64,000 nucleotides of DNA from a cyanobacterium endosymbiont of Rhopalodia gibba (GTDB taxonomy: Bacteria; Cyanobacteriota; Cyanobacteriia; Cyanobacteriales; Microcystaceae): assembly GCA_045159875.1 (NCBI GenBank), contig CP067995.1, positions 1,856,001 to 1,920,000 of the forward strand, read 5' to 3'. The notes beneath the pieces were generated by a model. The model was not told the origin of the DNA and ran no database searches. It saw nothing but the letters and a program-made list of their open reading frames with translations. The position numbers and the translations under genes were made by a program. Position 1 is the first letter of the stretch; each line of letters opens with the position of its first letter. Below are positions 23,273-35,758 of the stretch, one piece after another.

Positions 23273-25020
23273 ATCGTCTATTCAAGAATTGTTAACGTAC
23301 TAGGATAGCTTTTTTAGCACTATTATTTTTAGTATAGAAGTGTTGAAGTTAATTAAAAACCCCTGAACTATAATCTATGACTGATACCAATTCTCTACTT
23401 CCTTATTTACTGTAAGGCTTTTATAAAAAGTTGAAAGTTACTGATAATCATTAGTACAACTTACGCAAAAATAGTTAAACTTTTCCTATATTTGTTGTTC
23501 AAGCTGATCAAAAAAAATCAATAAAACAGGTAATCCTAGCATAAACTGCACAATCATAGAATATTTACAGTTAGTACTTAACGATTATTTAAATATAAAA
23601 TTTGCTATCAGAAATAGAATTAGAAGAGACAATTGCAACGAAGTACAATTATGTTTATCTCAGATTTTATCAAGGCTATGACCTTTGTTTGAAGGACATC
23701 TTTACTATTAAATTAATCCTGTTTTATTATTGAAATAACTCAAGTATTAAGTTTTCTAAAATTAAACAAGTTAACAGAGAATACTCAATTTAATTTAGCT
23801 AATGTTAATCCTAAGAGAGTTACTACTTAAGACGATAAAACGTATTTTAAAATTCGCTTATTAATTGATGATATTAACTATCTTATTGATCTATTCAACG
23901 AACAAGACAAGAAAAAAACGACAGAGTTTGTTTTTAGAATACAACAGGGAACTTGATACTCTTTTTATCTATTTATTTATCCAGATGCTAATCCTTAGTA
24001 TTTTACTTTCCTTATGTTTCATGAAGAAGTATTTAAAATTAATACCTAAAGATCAAAATATTTAATTGCTATCAATGATATTGATAGCAATTAATATAAT
24101 TAAACATTACTTCTGTAAACAAAAATAAAGTGTTCTAAAAAGAGATTAATTGATTGAAAATATTTTATATTTAAATTTACTTTTCTTTAAAAGAAAAAAC
24201 TAATAATTTAGTTTTTAAATATTTTATTTTTGATATAAACAAAATTTTTAAAATTTATATTGTAAATTATCATTATTTATATAAATTCCAATCTTATTAT
24301 ACAAATATGTGAGTAATTTCTTTAAAATTTCAATAAATTTTGAAGTTAATTAGCATATTTATCTTGATTAAATCAATTAGTAAATAGTTTTATTTTTTGA
24401 AAAATTCATATATTAATATTTTTTTTATTTGAATAGAAATCTTATCTATAACAAGGTTGGCATTTATTTTATTGAGGTTTATTAAGTAATAAAATATTTT
24501 ATTAGATTGAATAATTTATTTTTTAAAATCTAGCTTGATATAGTTTATTCTAATTTTTAGAAAACCTGGATGAACTATTAGTTCAATAATAAGCTCAAAA
24601 TAACAATATTATTGTCATTTTTGTTTAAATACTTGAAAATATAGAGTAGGATAGATTGTCAAAAAAGATGGAATAGAAAGATTCGTAGTTGAAATTTTAA
24701 CTTTTATGAAATATTATTTTCAATATACAAAATACTTGCTATAAATTAAGTTAAATTTTTTTTTTTGCAAATCTACTTGTCTTGATTTAAAAAATAAAGA
24801 TAAAGTACACGACGACATAGAAGATAGGTTAAAATTAAATCACTTTTTTCTATCAATACGAAAATTTTATAATTTTATACTAGAAATTTAGTAAATATTA
24901 TTCTCTATTTTAAGTCTTTTAAAAACCATTAATTTTTTAAATGTAGAATACATTTTAAATAATTTTAAAAGTTATAATTATTTGCTAAAACTAAGAGGAT
25001 AGTTTTTTATATATTATTTT

Positions 25021-25067
25021 TTTAAACCTTTTCTCTAAAAAACAGTTTTTTAGAGAAAAGGTTTAAA
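25021..25067. repeat. Palindrome, 23-bp arms, 1-nt spacer
   Basis: TTTAAACCTTTTCTCTAAAAAAC a GTTTTTTAGAGAAAAGGTTTAAA. Confidence 0.95.
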
Positions 25068-26628
25068 TTACTATATAATCTCTCATTTTTTATTACAATT
25101 TATCACAATTTATTTGATAAAAAAATTTTAAAAGTTGTGTTTATTAGGCTTTTATAGTTAACATTGACTCTTATAGAAAAAGATTATTTTTGGGTTTTAA
25201 ATAGACTTTTTTTGGCTACCATTATATCTCTAAAAACTGATTACTCAACAACAATACATTTATGCTAGTTTAATTTCTGTGGCGGCTATCCTCAAAATTT
25301 GAGTTAGTAATTACCAATAAGTCAAAATATTTTAGCTGGTTTCTCTGACAAGATAATAATATAGACTAACAAATTTACTGCAATCAATAAATTCTTTATT
25401 TTCCAATCTTTTTCTTAAACTTTCTCCTTTCGTATCAAGAGTCTTCATCTACCCTAATAGTTGTCTTTTATCTTCCTGAAAAAAGGATTTTTTAACTATT
25501 AAAAAATAATAATAACAAAAAATAAGTCCGTTTACTTCACTACTACTGACACTAAATATCATATTATAATTATTTTTTATAACTGTTTTTGATACGGCTG
25601 TCTAAAAGTTAGATTGACAAATATTTCAACCTTAGTAAACCTCTCAAAATAACGCAAATATTTTTTATACAAAGCACTAGTATGATTTCTTATGACTTTT
25701 TTTTTTGAGATCTACTTCTTATTAGCAAGATAGTTATTTTTTGAACAAAAATATCGAAATTTAAATATAACTAATCTCGGAGAAAATTATAAATATTGAA
25801 CTGTAATTTCAAAAAAGAACAAGAAAATGTATTTCACCTTGTGAATATTATCTTTTAAAATTATTGCACTTTTATTGATAAATAAAAAACTAAGTTTAAA
25901 GAATATAAATTTAAAAAATAAAGTAGTTAAGATATAATTTTAATTTTATTGAAGCTAATAAAATTAATCTAAATAAATTTTAATTAAAACATGAATTTAT
26001 CTGCCAGTTACTGTAGTTATAGTATCTCTTCTAAGAGAGTAAAAATAATAATTTATTTAATAATTAATTAAATTATTAATAATAATTGATTAGATGATAA
26101 TGTCCTTATTGCAGTACAATTTCTGATTTTTGGTAATCTGGAAAATTAAATGCGTTGTTACTCAAATTTTGCCTAAAAATAATATACCGTAGTTTATGCA
26201 GAGATTGCTAAATGTATTGAGTTTCCTCAGTAAGAAATTGAAACACTAGAATATCATCTTGTTTTTTTTGACTTCAAAGACGTAGTCAAACCAAAACTTT
26301 ATTTTATATAAACTGTTAGTTATTGATAAATATTAGAATAAATACTAATAAAACTAAAATATTTTTGGTAAAATATAGACAATTTACTAAAGCTTTGTCA
26401 GTAATTGAATTTAATCTTACTGTCATTTTTTAATCGTCTCATGAAATTACGTGATCGTGATTTGCCCTATTATCAATTTGAACGATGGCAATAAGTTGTT
26501 GATGTTATAACATCGTAGCTAGCCATACTACGCCACAGCCAGAATCCCGAGTCCTGAATAAATTGGGCAACTTTCGGATAAAATTCGTTAGACTATTGAT
26601 TACATCCTATTCCCAGAAAAAAAAAGCT

Positions 26629-27561
26629 GTGTTTTTTAGCGTTGTTATTCCTACCTATAATCGAAAACCTATCCTAGAAAAGTGCCTAAGAGCCTTAGAA
26701 AATCAACAATTAACTGATGATAAAGTAAGTAACTATGAAGTCATCTTAGTTGACGATGGCTCGACGGATAATACTCTAGAATGGCTAGCAGAAAATACCG
26801 CAGGATTCCCTCATGTGCGTCTTTTTATTCAAAATCATCTGGGTCCTGCCGCAGCGAGAAATTTAGGGATAGAAAAAGCACAAGGTGATACAATTATATT
26901 CATTGATAGTGATCTAGTTGTAACTGATACATTCATCCAGTCCCATGCGAATGCTTTAATCACAGGAGAAAAAGAATTAGGAAATAAGAAATTATTTACC
27001 TACGGTGCGGTGATTAACACTTGTAATTTTGATAATCCTACCTCAGAACCTTATAAAATCACTGATTTTTCTGCAGCCTATTTTGCTACTGGAAATGTAG
27101 CAATTGCCCGTGAATGGTTAGAAAAAGTAGGAGTTTTCGATACGAGATTTCAACTTTACGGATGGGAAGATTTAGAATTAGGGGTGCGACTAAAAAAACT
27201 AGGATTAAAATTAGTTAAGTGTCCCAAAGCAGTTGGTTACCATTGGCATCCATCTTTTAATTTGGAGCAAATTCCCAGCCTGATCGACAAAGAAATTCAA
27301 CGTGGAAAGATGGGAATTCTTTTTTACCAGAAACATCCCACATGGGAGGTTAGATTGATGATCCAAATGACTTGGTTACATCGTTTATTATGGGGATTTT
27401 TATCTTTAGAAGGCAGTCTTAATGAACGTACGCTTGCACCTGTTTTGCAATGGTTAATTGATCAAGGAAAACCGCAACTCGCCCTAGAAATCGCTCGAAT
27501 CTTTCTAAATTGGTACAATGTCCGCGGAGTTTATACTGCTTATCGAGAATTACAAACCTAA
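26629..27561 (+). CDS. Glycosyltransferase family 2
   Basis: FSVVIPTYNR, VDDGSTD, GPAAARNLG, FIDSD, YGWEDLELG; probable GTG start at 26629 (ORF track extends to 26563). Confidence 0.9.
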   Translation: MFFSVVIPTYNRKPILEKCLRALENQQLTDDKVSNYEVILVDDGSTDNTLEWLAENTAGFPHVRLFIQNHLGPAAARNLGIEKAQGDTIIFIDSDLVVTDTFIQSHANALITGEKELGNKKLFTYGAVINTCNFDNPTSEPYKITDFSAAYFATGNVAIAREWLEKVGVFDTRFQLYGWEDLELGVRLKKLGLKLVKCPKAVGYHWHPSFNLEQIPSLIDKEIQRGKMGILFYQKHPTWEVRLMIQMTWLHRLLWGFLSLEGSLNERTLAPVLQWLIDQGKPQLALEIARIFLNWYNVRGVYTAYRELQT

Positions 27562-27932
27562 TTAAGTGGTATATAAGGCTTATAGATTTTAGTCAAATTC
27601 CTCATCTAAAATATAACCATTAAGGTCAAAGTTGGAACAGACTTAACTCTTAAAATTCAGTCGGAAACTAAGTCGTAAACGTCGTAAACTAATTTACTCT
27701 TGTGTTTTCTACTTTCTCTCTTCTCCATTTTGGATAAATGGTTTTAAAGTTAATATAAAAACTTTCGTTACAAATAGGCTGATGAAAACGCCGATGTCCG
27801 AGATCATTGAAATATTAGCAGCTATTGTCAAAGTTTGTTAAAAACTAAGCTGTTCTGGAAGTGATAACTTATTGATTAAAGTGAAACTTCTGGGCATATT
27901 GTAAATTAATTACCCCTATTTTGGAGACGATA

Positions 27933-29021
27933 ATGAGTATTGCGATTGGCATTGTTGTAGGTTTGATTATCGGAGGAGTTATCGGTATTTTTCTATCAAC
28001 CTCCTCCAAGGAGCGCAAACTTGAAGTTCAATTAGAAAGAAGTACAAAAGCTCTAAAAGAAGCTGAAATACTTCAGCAACAACAAGCACAAGAAATCAAA
28101 GAACTACGTCAATCTCCATCGCAGATGCAAGAGATTGAACAATCTTATCAAATTAAAATACGAGCAATCGAGCAATCCTATCAGGAACGTTCGGAAGAAC
28201 TGTCTCAGGCTAAAACTAGATTAAGTGAATTAGAACAGAACGAACGACAAAAAATCCAAAAAATTCGACAAGCTTATCAAACTCAACTTGAGGGACTAGA
28301 ACAAACCTATCAAGCCAGACTTCAAGAAACGCTGCAACAAATGCAAAGGTTTGCTCCAGTATTAGAAACTAATCAGGCACACATCCAACAAATTGAGCAA
28401 ACTTATCAAACTCAACTGCAAGAACAGCAACAAGCTCATCAGCAAGCTATTAACGAGTTAGAAAAAGCCTATGACGAAGGAGACTTTGCCCTAGACGATT
28501 GGAGGGACCAAGAAACTTCTGGTACCTTAAACTCGGGAAGTTTATTAGAAGAAATCGTATCAGCCTCTGATACTGAGGGATTGCAACCCATAGGAGAACT
28601 GCCAGACTTTCCTAAAATAAATCCTGATAGTTTACCAGAAGACTTGCTCCATGACACCACTGAAGCTCTATCATTAGAGCAAACTGAAGAAAAAAACCAG
28701 AAAAGAGTTTCTGACTTGTTTCAACAAAAAAAATCTGACGATCTAGACTTTTTTGAGATGTTATCTACTGATGAAGAAACGAGTGGAGACTTATCGGAGG
28801 TTTTCACAAAAGACAAAAAAAATCCTTATGTCGGTTTCTTTGAGTCAGAAACCAAAGAGACAACTCGCGACTCTGATGAAATCTTTTCCAGTTTTTTAGA
28901 TACAGAAGAGTCTGAGGAAAACTTAACGAACTTGTTACAAACAGATGACGAAAACAAGTCTCAACAAAGAAATCTGTTTGAGCAGACTAACAACAATAAT
29001 CAGAATGACATAATCAAATAA
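27933..29021 (+). CDS. Hypothetical protein: N-terminal TM anchor, Gln-rich coiled coil with 11-aa repeats, acidic tail
   Basis: Uninterrupted >360-codon ORF; hydrophobic N-terminus; repeated EQSYQ/EQTYQ. Confidence 0.75.
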   Translation: MSIAIGIVVGLIIGGVIGIFLSTSSKERKLEVQLERSTKALKEAEILQQQQAQEIKELRQSPSQMQEIEQSYQIKIRAIEQSYQERSEELSQAKTRLSELEQNERQKIQKIRQAYQTQLEGLEQTYQARLQETLQQMQRFAPVLETNQAHIQQIEQTYQTQLQEQQQAHQQAINELEKAYDEGDFALDDWRDQETSGTLNSGSLLEEIVSASDTEGLQPIGELPDFPKINPDSLPEDLLHDTTEALSLEQTEEKNQKRVSDLFQQKKSDDLDFFEMLSTDEETSGDLSEVFTKDKKNPYVGFFESETKETTRDSDEIFSSFLDTEESEENLTNLLQTDDENKSQQRNLFEQTNNNNQNDIIK

Positions 29022-29361
29022 CAATAACCTGACAAGCGATGAGAAATCGGAGCAAGATTATAATCTAAAGAGATTCTGAAATCTTTGACAACAGACTCCC
29101 CTTCCTAGATATTTGTTATAGATATTTAATTCCCAGGAGAAAGTTTCTGGGATTTTTTGCTCATTAGGAAATTTGCAATTGAATCTTTTCAAGATATTTA
29201 TTGGCAATCTAACGAATTAACGTTATGATTAACCAGTCATAATTGTAGTTATAATTGTCCTCAACTCAAAAAACTAACATTTCAAGCCTAGCGCGTTTAA
29301 GATAGACTGCCTCACTAGACAATTACTCTTCCTCAACGCTTATGGTCTAGGATTAAAACAC

Positions 29362-30804
29362 TTGATACCTTTACTGTCTGATGTCATTACTGCTGTGCCT
29401 ATTCACCGCCAGCCTCCTTTTGATAAAAACACACCAACCTGTGGTCTCAAAACCGATACCACTCCTGTTTTTGCTCTGAAAGAACTTGTTGCCAATCTTT
29501 ATCGAGAACAAAATAAAATTCAAAACTTATTAAGTTCCCTAGGGTTTGCCCTACGAAGTTTTAATAATCTCAATCAGTTTTTAGAACTTACCCCTTTGAT
29601 GACAGCACGGGTGACTGATGCTGATGGAAGTGCTTTGATTCTCTATAAAGCAAATGGTAAAGTCTCTTTAGAACAGTTACATTGTCAAAATCATCAAATC
29701 GAGTTGGAGATTCAAGAAGTCCTGACTCGCATCATTAATCAGGCTAACAGTAACGCCTCAGTTACTCGCAACCTGGCAGTTTCCTTAGACGAACAAATTA
29801 GCCATGAAATGGGGACAAAAATTCGTCTGTATAATACGTCAATTTTAGTTAAAAATATAGAACGGGGGCGGCTTTACGTTTTTAGTGCTAATCCTCAATA
29901 TATTTGGACCCAAACCCGACGAAGATTACTACAATTGGTGGCTGATCAAACAGCTGTTGCTATTGCTAATAATGAGTTAACGGTAGAACTACGATCCAAA
30001 GAACGACAGGATCGCGAATTGGAAATTGCTGCTGAAATTCAATTACGTTTACTGCCACGCAAATACCCAAGTATTCATGGCGTAGAGTTAGCTGCCCATT
30101 GTCAAACAGCTAACCGGGTTGGAGGTGACTACTATGATTTTATCCCAACTAACTATGATCAACTCCGTCAAGATCAAGACAACAAAGGGCAAGCATTAGC
30201 TCATTGCGTTCCGTGGAGTATTGTCATTGGAGATGTGATGGGAAAAGGAGTTCCTGCTGGGTTGATCATGACTATGACGAGAGGAATGCTTAGGGCAGAG
30301 GTATTAAACCGTAACTCCCCTGGACAAATCCTCCAACATCTCAACCGAGTCATGTACTCTGATTTAGAGAACTCTAATCGGTTTGTAACACTGTTTTATT
30401 CAGAGTATGATCCCAAAACTTGTATTCTCTCTTTTAGCAATGCAGCCCACAACCCTCCTCTGCGATGGCAGTACGCTACACAAGAGATTGAACGACTCGA
30501 TACCGAAGGAATGTTAATTGGATTAGATCCTAATTCTGAGTATGGGGATGGACGGGTTCAGTTAACTCCAGGGGATATTGTCCTTTATTACACTGATGGA
30601 CTAACTGATGCGGTTAACCTAAAAGGTGATCGCTTTAATGAAGACAATTTGATTGCTGCCTTTCAAGCGGCTTGTCACGAATGTGATAGTCCCCAGACTA
30701 TTCTCAATTATTTATTTAAAGCGGTTGAGCAGTTTATTGGGACAGGAAATAATAACAGTGACGATATGACTTTGGTCGTCATGCAGGTGAAATTATTGGA
30801 GTAA
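29362..30804 (+). CDS. GAF + SpoIIE/PP2C serine phosphatase (RsbU-like, Slr2031-type)
   Basis: ALKELVA.LYREQ.KIQ.LLSSLGFALRSF, VGGDYYD, GDVMGKG, SNAAH.PPL, YTDG.TD, DDMT; exact start uncertain. Confidence 0.9.
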   Translation: MIPLLSDVITAVPIHRQPPFDKNTPTCGLKTDTTPVFALKELVANLYREQNKIQNLLSSLGFALRSFNNLNQFLELTPLMTARVTDADGSALILYKANGKVSLEQLHCQNHQIELEIQEVLTRIINQANSNASVTRNLAVSLDEQISHEMGTKIRLYNTSILVKNIERGRLYVFSANPQYIWTQTRRRLLQLVADQTAVAIANNELTVELRSKERQDRELEIAAEIQLRLLPRKYPSIHGVELAAHCQTANRVGGDYYDFIPTNYDQLRQDQDNKGQALAHCVPWSIVIGDVMGKGVPAGLIMTMTRGMLRAEVLNRNSPGQILQHLNRVMYSDLENSNRFVTLFYSEYDPKTCILSFSNAAHNPPLRWQYATQEIERLDTEGMLIGLDPNSEYGDGRVQLTPGDIVLYYTDGLTDAVNLKGDRFNEDNLIAAFQAACHECDSPQTILNYLFKAVEQFIGTGNNNSDDMTLVVMQVKLLE

Positions 30805-30929
30805 GTCTTATTTGTGGAAGATTTTTTAATGGCACTGTTTTATCCCACTATAAATCTGGGAATGATAGCCCTGTTTGCTTGGCATAACAGTTTATCTCTG
30901 GCTGCACACCAACACGCTTTTAAGAACTC

Positions 30930-31313
30930 GGTCAACAAATACTTTAAGTAATTAGATCAAGTAAAAGTTAGTGAAACTGACTAACAACATTTTACTTTGT
31001 AAGCATTTTTTGATTAAAACAATTAACGAGCAACTTAAAAATATCTCTGGAATTGGACATTAGAGAGATTAAAGTGTTTGAAACTGTTTTGTTAATCCTT
31101 TTTAAACTTACAGCTTAATACCTACTTATCAGAAAACCATTCTCTCGATTGATAGTCAAAAGATAAGTCAGCTTTCATTCCTTGTTGTTTGGCACTACCA
31201 TTGCAGTCTTAATTGTTAGCAGTTACTATCCCGGATAAGCGTAGATATTCTCGTCTTTTAATTTAGATATTGAGAATAACAACCGTGTTTTTAAATCTCG
31301 TTAAACTAACATT
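30930..31313 (+). mobile_element. IS982-family fossil, copy 2 (3' part plus right end)
   Basis: LIKTINEQLKNISGIGH*R.*SV*NCFVN resembles LIETVNDQLKNISQIEHSRHRSV.NF.VN; 3' tail aligns by eye with copies 1 and 3. Confidence 0.8.
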
Positions 31314-31337
31314 AAGTTAGACTGTCTCGTGCCTCAA

Positions 31338-31375
31338 AGTATTTTCAATACTCACATTAAAGTATTGAAAATACT
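31338..31375. repeat. Inverted repeat, 15-bp arms, 8-nt loop
   Basis: AGTATTTTCAATACT cacattaa AGTATTGAAAATACT. Confidence 0.9.
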
Positions 31376-31678
31376 GACAGTTTGGAAAATTTCAATCATT
31401 AAAAATCTTATCAAGTTCGGTCGAGTTTGGATTTTGAATATTGAATTTGTTCTAGGATATATGTTTAGAATCTTTACTGGTGGTTAAACTCTTTATTTTT
31501 AGTCAACGGCCGATAATAAACCAATGGCTGACTAATGATAACGGATAATCTCATATAAAGAATATTGCTCTCGGATTAATGAAGTACAACACATTAGGTT
31601 CAAAATTTATGATCCATTAGGGTTTAATTTATTTATTTCTGACAACAATTTTTGATTTTTGCGACCTAGGGGGTTACT

Positions 31679-33076
31679 GTGACTAAACAAAAAAAGTGGA
31701 GTGAGCGCTTTGAAGGCAATCTTCATCCTTCCATTGTTCGATTTAACGCCAGTATTAGCTTTGATATCGAATTACTTGAATATGATTTAACAGGTTCTAT
31801 TGCCCATGCCAAAATGTTAGCTCATACAGGAATTATTCCTGAGAGTGAAGCACAACAATTAGTGCAAGGATTAGAAAAAATTCGTCAAGAACATCATAAT
31901 GGAGAATTTACTCCTGGAATTGACCAAGAGGATGTTCATTTTGCGGTAGAAAACCGTTTAACAGAGATTGTAGGGGATGTCGGCAAAAAACTTCACACAG
32001 CGAGATCTCGTAATGATCAAGTAGGGACTGATATTCGTCTTTATCTACGAGATCAAATTAATCAAATTCGGAGTCAATTACGGGATTTTCAACAAGTCTT
32101 GCTCGATCATGCTCAAAACCATGTAGAAACCCTTATTCCAGGTTATACCCATTTACAACGGGCTCAACCGATCAGTTTAGCTCACCACCTATTAGCTTAT
32201 TTCGAGATGGCACAACGAGACTGGGAACGGTTGGGAGAAATTTACGCTAGGACAAATATTTCTCCCTTAGGATGTGGTGCATTGGCAGGAACAACATTTC
32301 CCATTGATCGTCGTTACAGTGCCGAATTATTAGAATTTAAAGGGATTTATGGCAATAGTTTAGACGGAGTGAGTGATCGTGATTTTGCGATCGAGTTTCT
32401 CAATGCTGCTAGTTTGATTATGGTTCATCTTAGCCGTCTGAGTGAAGAAGTAATTCTTTGGGCTTCTCATGAATTTAAGTTCATCAACCTTACCGATAGC
32501 TGTGCCACAGGGTCAAGTATTATGCCCCAAAAGAAAAATCCTGATGTTCCTGAATTGGTCCGAGGAAAAACTGGACGAGTCTTTGGCCATTTACAAGGAA
32601 TGCTAGTTTTAATGAAAGGGTTACCTTTATCTTACAATAAGGATCTCCAAGAAGACAAAGAAGGAATTTTTGACGGGGTAGCAACGGTTAAAAGTTGTTT
32701 AGAAGCCATGACGATTTTTTTAAGAGAAGGAATTGAGTTTTGTCAAGAACGTTTAGCCCAAGCAGTAGCCGAGGATTTTTCCAATGCGACAGACGTGGCC
32801 GATTATTTGGCAGTCCGCGGAATTCCTTTTCGGGAGGCTTATAATTTAGTAGGAAAGATAGTTAAGACTAGTCTAGCATCGGGTAAGCTCCTTAAGGACT
32901 TATCTCTAGAAGAATGGCAAGCCTTACACCCTTTGTTTGAAGCTGATATTTACGAGGTGATCTCCCCCAAACAGGTAGTAGCAGTTCGTAATAGCTACGG
33001 TGGAACTGGTTTTAAGCAAATTCATCAAGCTATTACAAGGGCGAAAGCACAAATAGAATCTTCCCAACTGCACTAA
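31679..33076 (+). CDS. argH: Argininosuccinate lyase
   Basis: [27 protein letters not shown], signature [22 protein letters not shown]. Confidence 0.97.
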   Translation: MTKQKKWSERFEGNLHPSIVRFNASISFDIELLEYDLTGSIAHAKMLAHTGIIPESEAQQLVQGLEKIRQEHHNGEFTPGIDQEDVHFAVENRLTEIVGDVGKKLHTARSRNDQVGTDIRLYLRDQINQIRSQLRDFQQVLLDHAQNHVETLIPGYTHLQRAQPISLAHHLLAYFEMAQRDWERLGEIYARTNISPLGCGALAGTTFPIDRRYSAELLEFKGIYGNSLDGVSDRDFAIEFLNAASLIMVHLSRLSEEVILWASHEFKFINLTDSCATGSSIMPQKKNPDVPELVRGKTGRVFGHLQGMLVLMKGLPLSYNKDLQEDKEGIFDGVATVKSCLEAMTIFLREGIEFCQERLAQAVAEDFSNATDVADYLAVRGIPFREAYNLVGKIVKTSLASGKLLKDLSLEEWQALHPLFEADIYEVISPKQVVAVRNSYGGTGFKQIHQAITRAKAQIESSQLH

Positions 33077-33099
33077 GATCTTAGTCTTATCTTTTATTC

Positions 33100-33790
33100 C
33101 TGTAAGTTAGTTGCAGCAATACACTAAACCATTATGAGAGTTATATCTCATTTTCTTGCCCCGTAACCTAAGCAACCATTATTCTCATTCTTCCTAATGA
33201 ACGTATTGTCTTTATACGACTAAGGGGGGCAAGATAGTGGAGACTTTCTAGAGTACTTGTGGACTAGAGAGAAGATATTCTAACAACAATCAACGGAAAT
33301 TGTTAAGATAAACCGACTTAAAATTGTTGCGAATTTACCGTGTAGTCGGGATTGATTCTTCTCCTCATCAAAATAATAAAGTTCATTTCTATCTGTCGAA
33401 GCAGATGTGATCGGAACTTTATAGATTAACAATCTCTATAAAAGTTAAAGCATTTGATCCCGATAATTTTTCCTTGGATAATCTCATTCATGATCATCCA
33501 TTAAAAGATTATTTACGAGGATTGGTGATTCTGACTTAAAATCCGAAAAAATACAATACAATTCACGGAAATCAATGCCATCATCTTCCTTCAGGAGAAG
33601 AAATAGAGATGATGACAACAGTAAAAATTTGAGTTGGAATTAGAATCTGTTGAAACTGTTCTGTTTTCTCTTTTAATCAGTCAGTTTAAGAACTTTGTCT
33701 TTTTACGGTAGGTAGTATTGACAGTGGCTTCAATCCCTTATCACACACCTTTCGGAATTTCCCATGACCCGTTACCTCGAATAGCGAATT
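33100..33790 (-). pseudogene. Unidentified degraded gene
   Basis: Higher-GC protein-like frame (FAIRGNGSWEIPKGV..GIEAT; VVIISISSPEGR; PPLVV.RQYVH.EE..WLLRLRG) with many stops. Confidence 0.4.
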
Positions 33791-34720
33791 TTAATCTCAT
33801 AATAACTGCAGTGGGTAAATTAGCTAATTATGTCTTTATCGGTTACTAAATCAATTGTTTCCTTGAGACTTTTAAAATTTTTAGATTTTTCAATCAGTAA
33901 ATATTCTTTAATTTTTGTTCAACAGTTTTCAATGAAGTTGAAATCAGTGGGATATATAGAGATGAAAATACTACTTATGCTCCTATAGATTCCATCAGTT
34001 ATCTAACTTTTGTTGTTTGATGAGCTGATAAATTTTCCATAATGACACAAGTTTTTGTCCACAGTTATAATATAAACATTTATTTTTTTTAAAAAAAAAC
34101 TTGTTTATTTGCCCATCGTTAAAAAGTAAAAATAACTAAACAATCGAATGTAGCAAGCGCTCTGATTAACGTAATATTTTTCTCTAAATTAGAGAAACAT
34201 CTGCCATAAACTAATTTTCCTTTAGTCGCTCTAGCACAGTAACAAGTCATGGATAGATAACTCTGGTTTTGTCAATAAAAACTAAATATGAAAGTGTGGT
34301 TTGTTTAAGTATAGTTTAATATTTTTGTCTTAAGGTTTGCACTCTATCTGCGTAAACTTTAAAACATAAAGTATTTTTGGGGGTTAAGTTAAGTTTTGGA
34401 TTAAACAACATATGGGGATAATGCTAAACTCTAACATCTATTTTTCCGTGTAGAAAGTACTCAGTTCTTGTCGATTAGCATCGTTATTTGGTTCCAGAAA
34501 CTATTCTATAATGTTAAGTAGTTCTATCCAAATTAAAAGTAATTATTCTCTACTATAGTAGAGGATAATAATTCTACAATTTTTATTGCTTTCTAAGGTA
34601 TAAGGAGACAATTAATAAAACTATAACTGGTTTGAAAATATCAAATCAGTTGTTGGGTTTATTTATTGGTCTTATTGTTAGCTTTTCTAATTCTAGTGGA
34701 AATATCTATATAGTACAATC
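33790..34720 (-). mobile_element. IS630-family transposase fossil (near full length)
   Basis: Remnants NNDANRQELS, KLNLTPK, DRVQTLRQKY, LVFIDKTRV (DDE D1), VIMENLSAH (D2), DFNFIENC*TKIKEYL (cf. YSPDFNPIENCWSKIK) and DKDIIS*FTHC. Confidence 0.85.
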
Positions 34721-35715
34721 TCATTCTTTAGTTAAACTACTTTTTTTATTTTTTTTAGTTCAATTTATCCAGATACTCCACATAAATTAGTTTTTTATCT
34801 TTGTCGACTTTAACTAAAAACTTAATTATAGATCATATTTACAGTCTCGATTTCTGTGAAAGATCGATAACTATAATTTTTATATGAGTTAACAGCTTTT
34901 AAAAAAGGACTAGTGACTATTTTTATTTAAATTTATTAAATCAATAAAGTAAGTACTGATATTAATAATTATATTTTAATATTTTACTACAGAAAACTAT
35001 CTACTAACATCTGCTTTTAAAAAATCATTATCAGCTTCTTCAGATTGCCACGATAGATTATATTCTGTTAAGGTTATTGTAATAATCTTTACTGCTGCTA
35101 GGCGATCACTTTATTTTCAAATAGAAAGTTTGTACAGAGGTTAGATAGACTCAACTATGGATTCTAAATTTAGGGTGTAAAATAAATAAAATGTCGCTCC
35201 AAACTTCAGATAATTGCCTCAATTTTTTAAGAAATTCAAGATATTACGTTGCTTATCAAGCATTCTCATAGTAAGTGTTTTAGCTGACACTAGAATTGTA
35301 CTAAATTTTCTTTTCAAAGTAAGTACTTGCTAACATCCAGTATGGACTACGATGTCTTGTTTCTGATTTTATTAAACTACTACGGTTAAATATTCTTAAT
35401 TCTAAATTAAAGACAGTGAGTGCCTAGTAACTCTAATCATTCATAAAGTCTTATTTTAATTAAATCTAAATCTTGATGACAAATTCAACAAATGACAGTT
35501 TTTTTACTCTAATTTATAAATTTAAGTTTTTCTTATAGGGGGAATAAGCAAGAGAGATTAAAGTAATATTTTTCTTATATAAACATTGGTTAACTTGCTA
35601 AACATACTAGAATCTTTATTTTAAAATTAGGTCCAATTTTCACATTAATAAAATAATAGACGGATGGTGAGATATAGAGTTTAAGTTTACTAATAAAACT
35701 TTTTATACACACTAG

Positions 35716-35758
35716 AAATAATCGCTAATTTAGATACTATCTAAATTAGCGATTATTT
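35716..35758. repeat. Palindrome, 21-bp arms, 1-nt spacer, overlapping the DUF815 gene stop (possible terminator)
   Basis: AAATAATCGCTAATTTAGATA c TATCTAAATTAGCGATTATTT. Confidence 0.95.
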
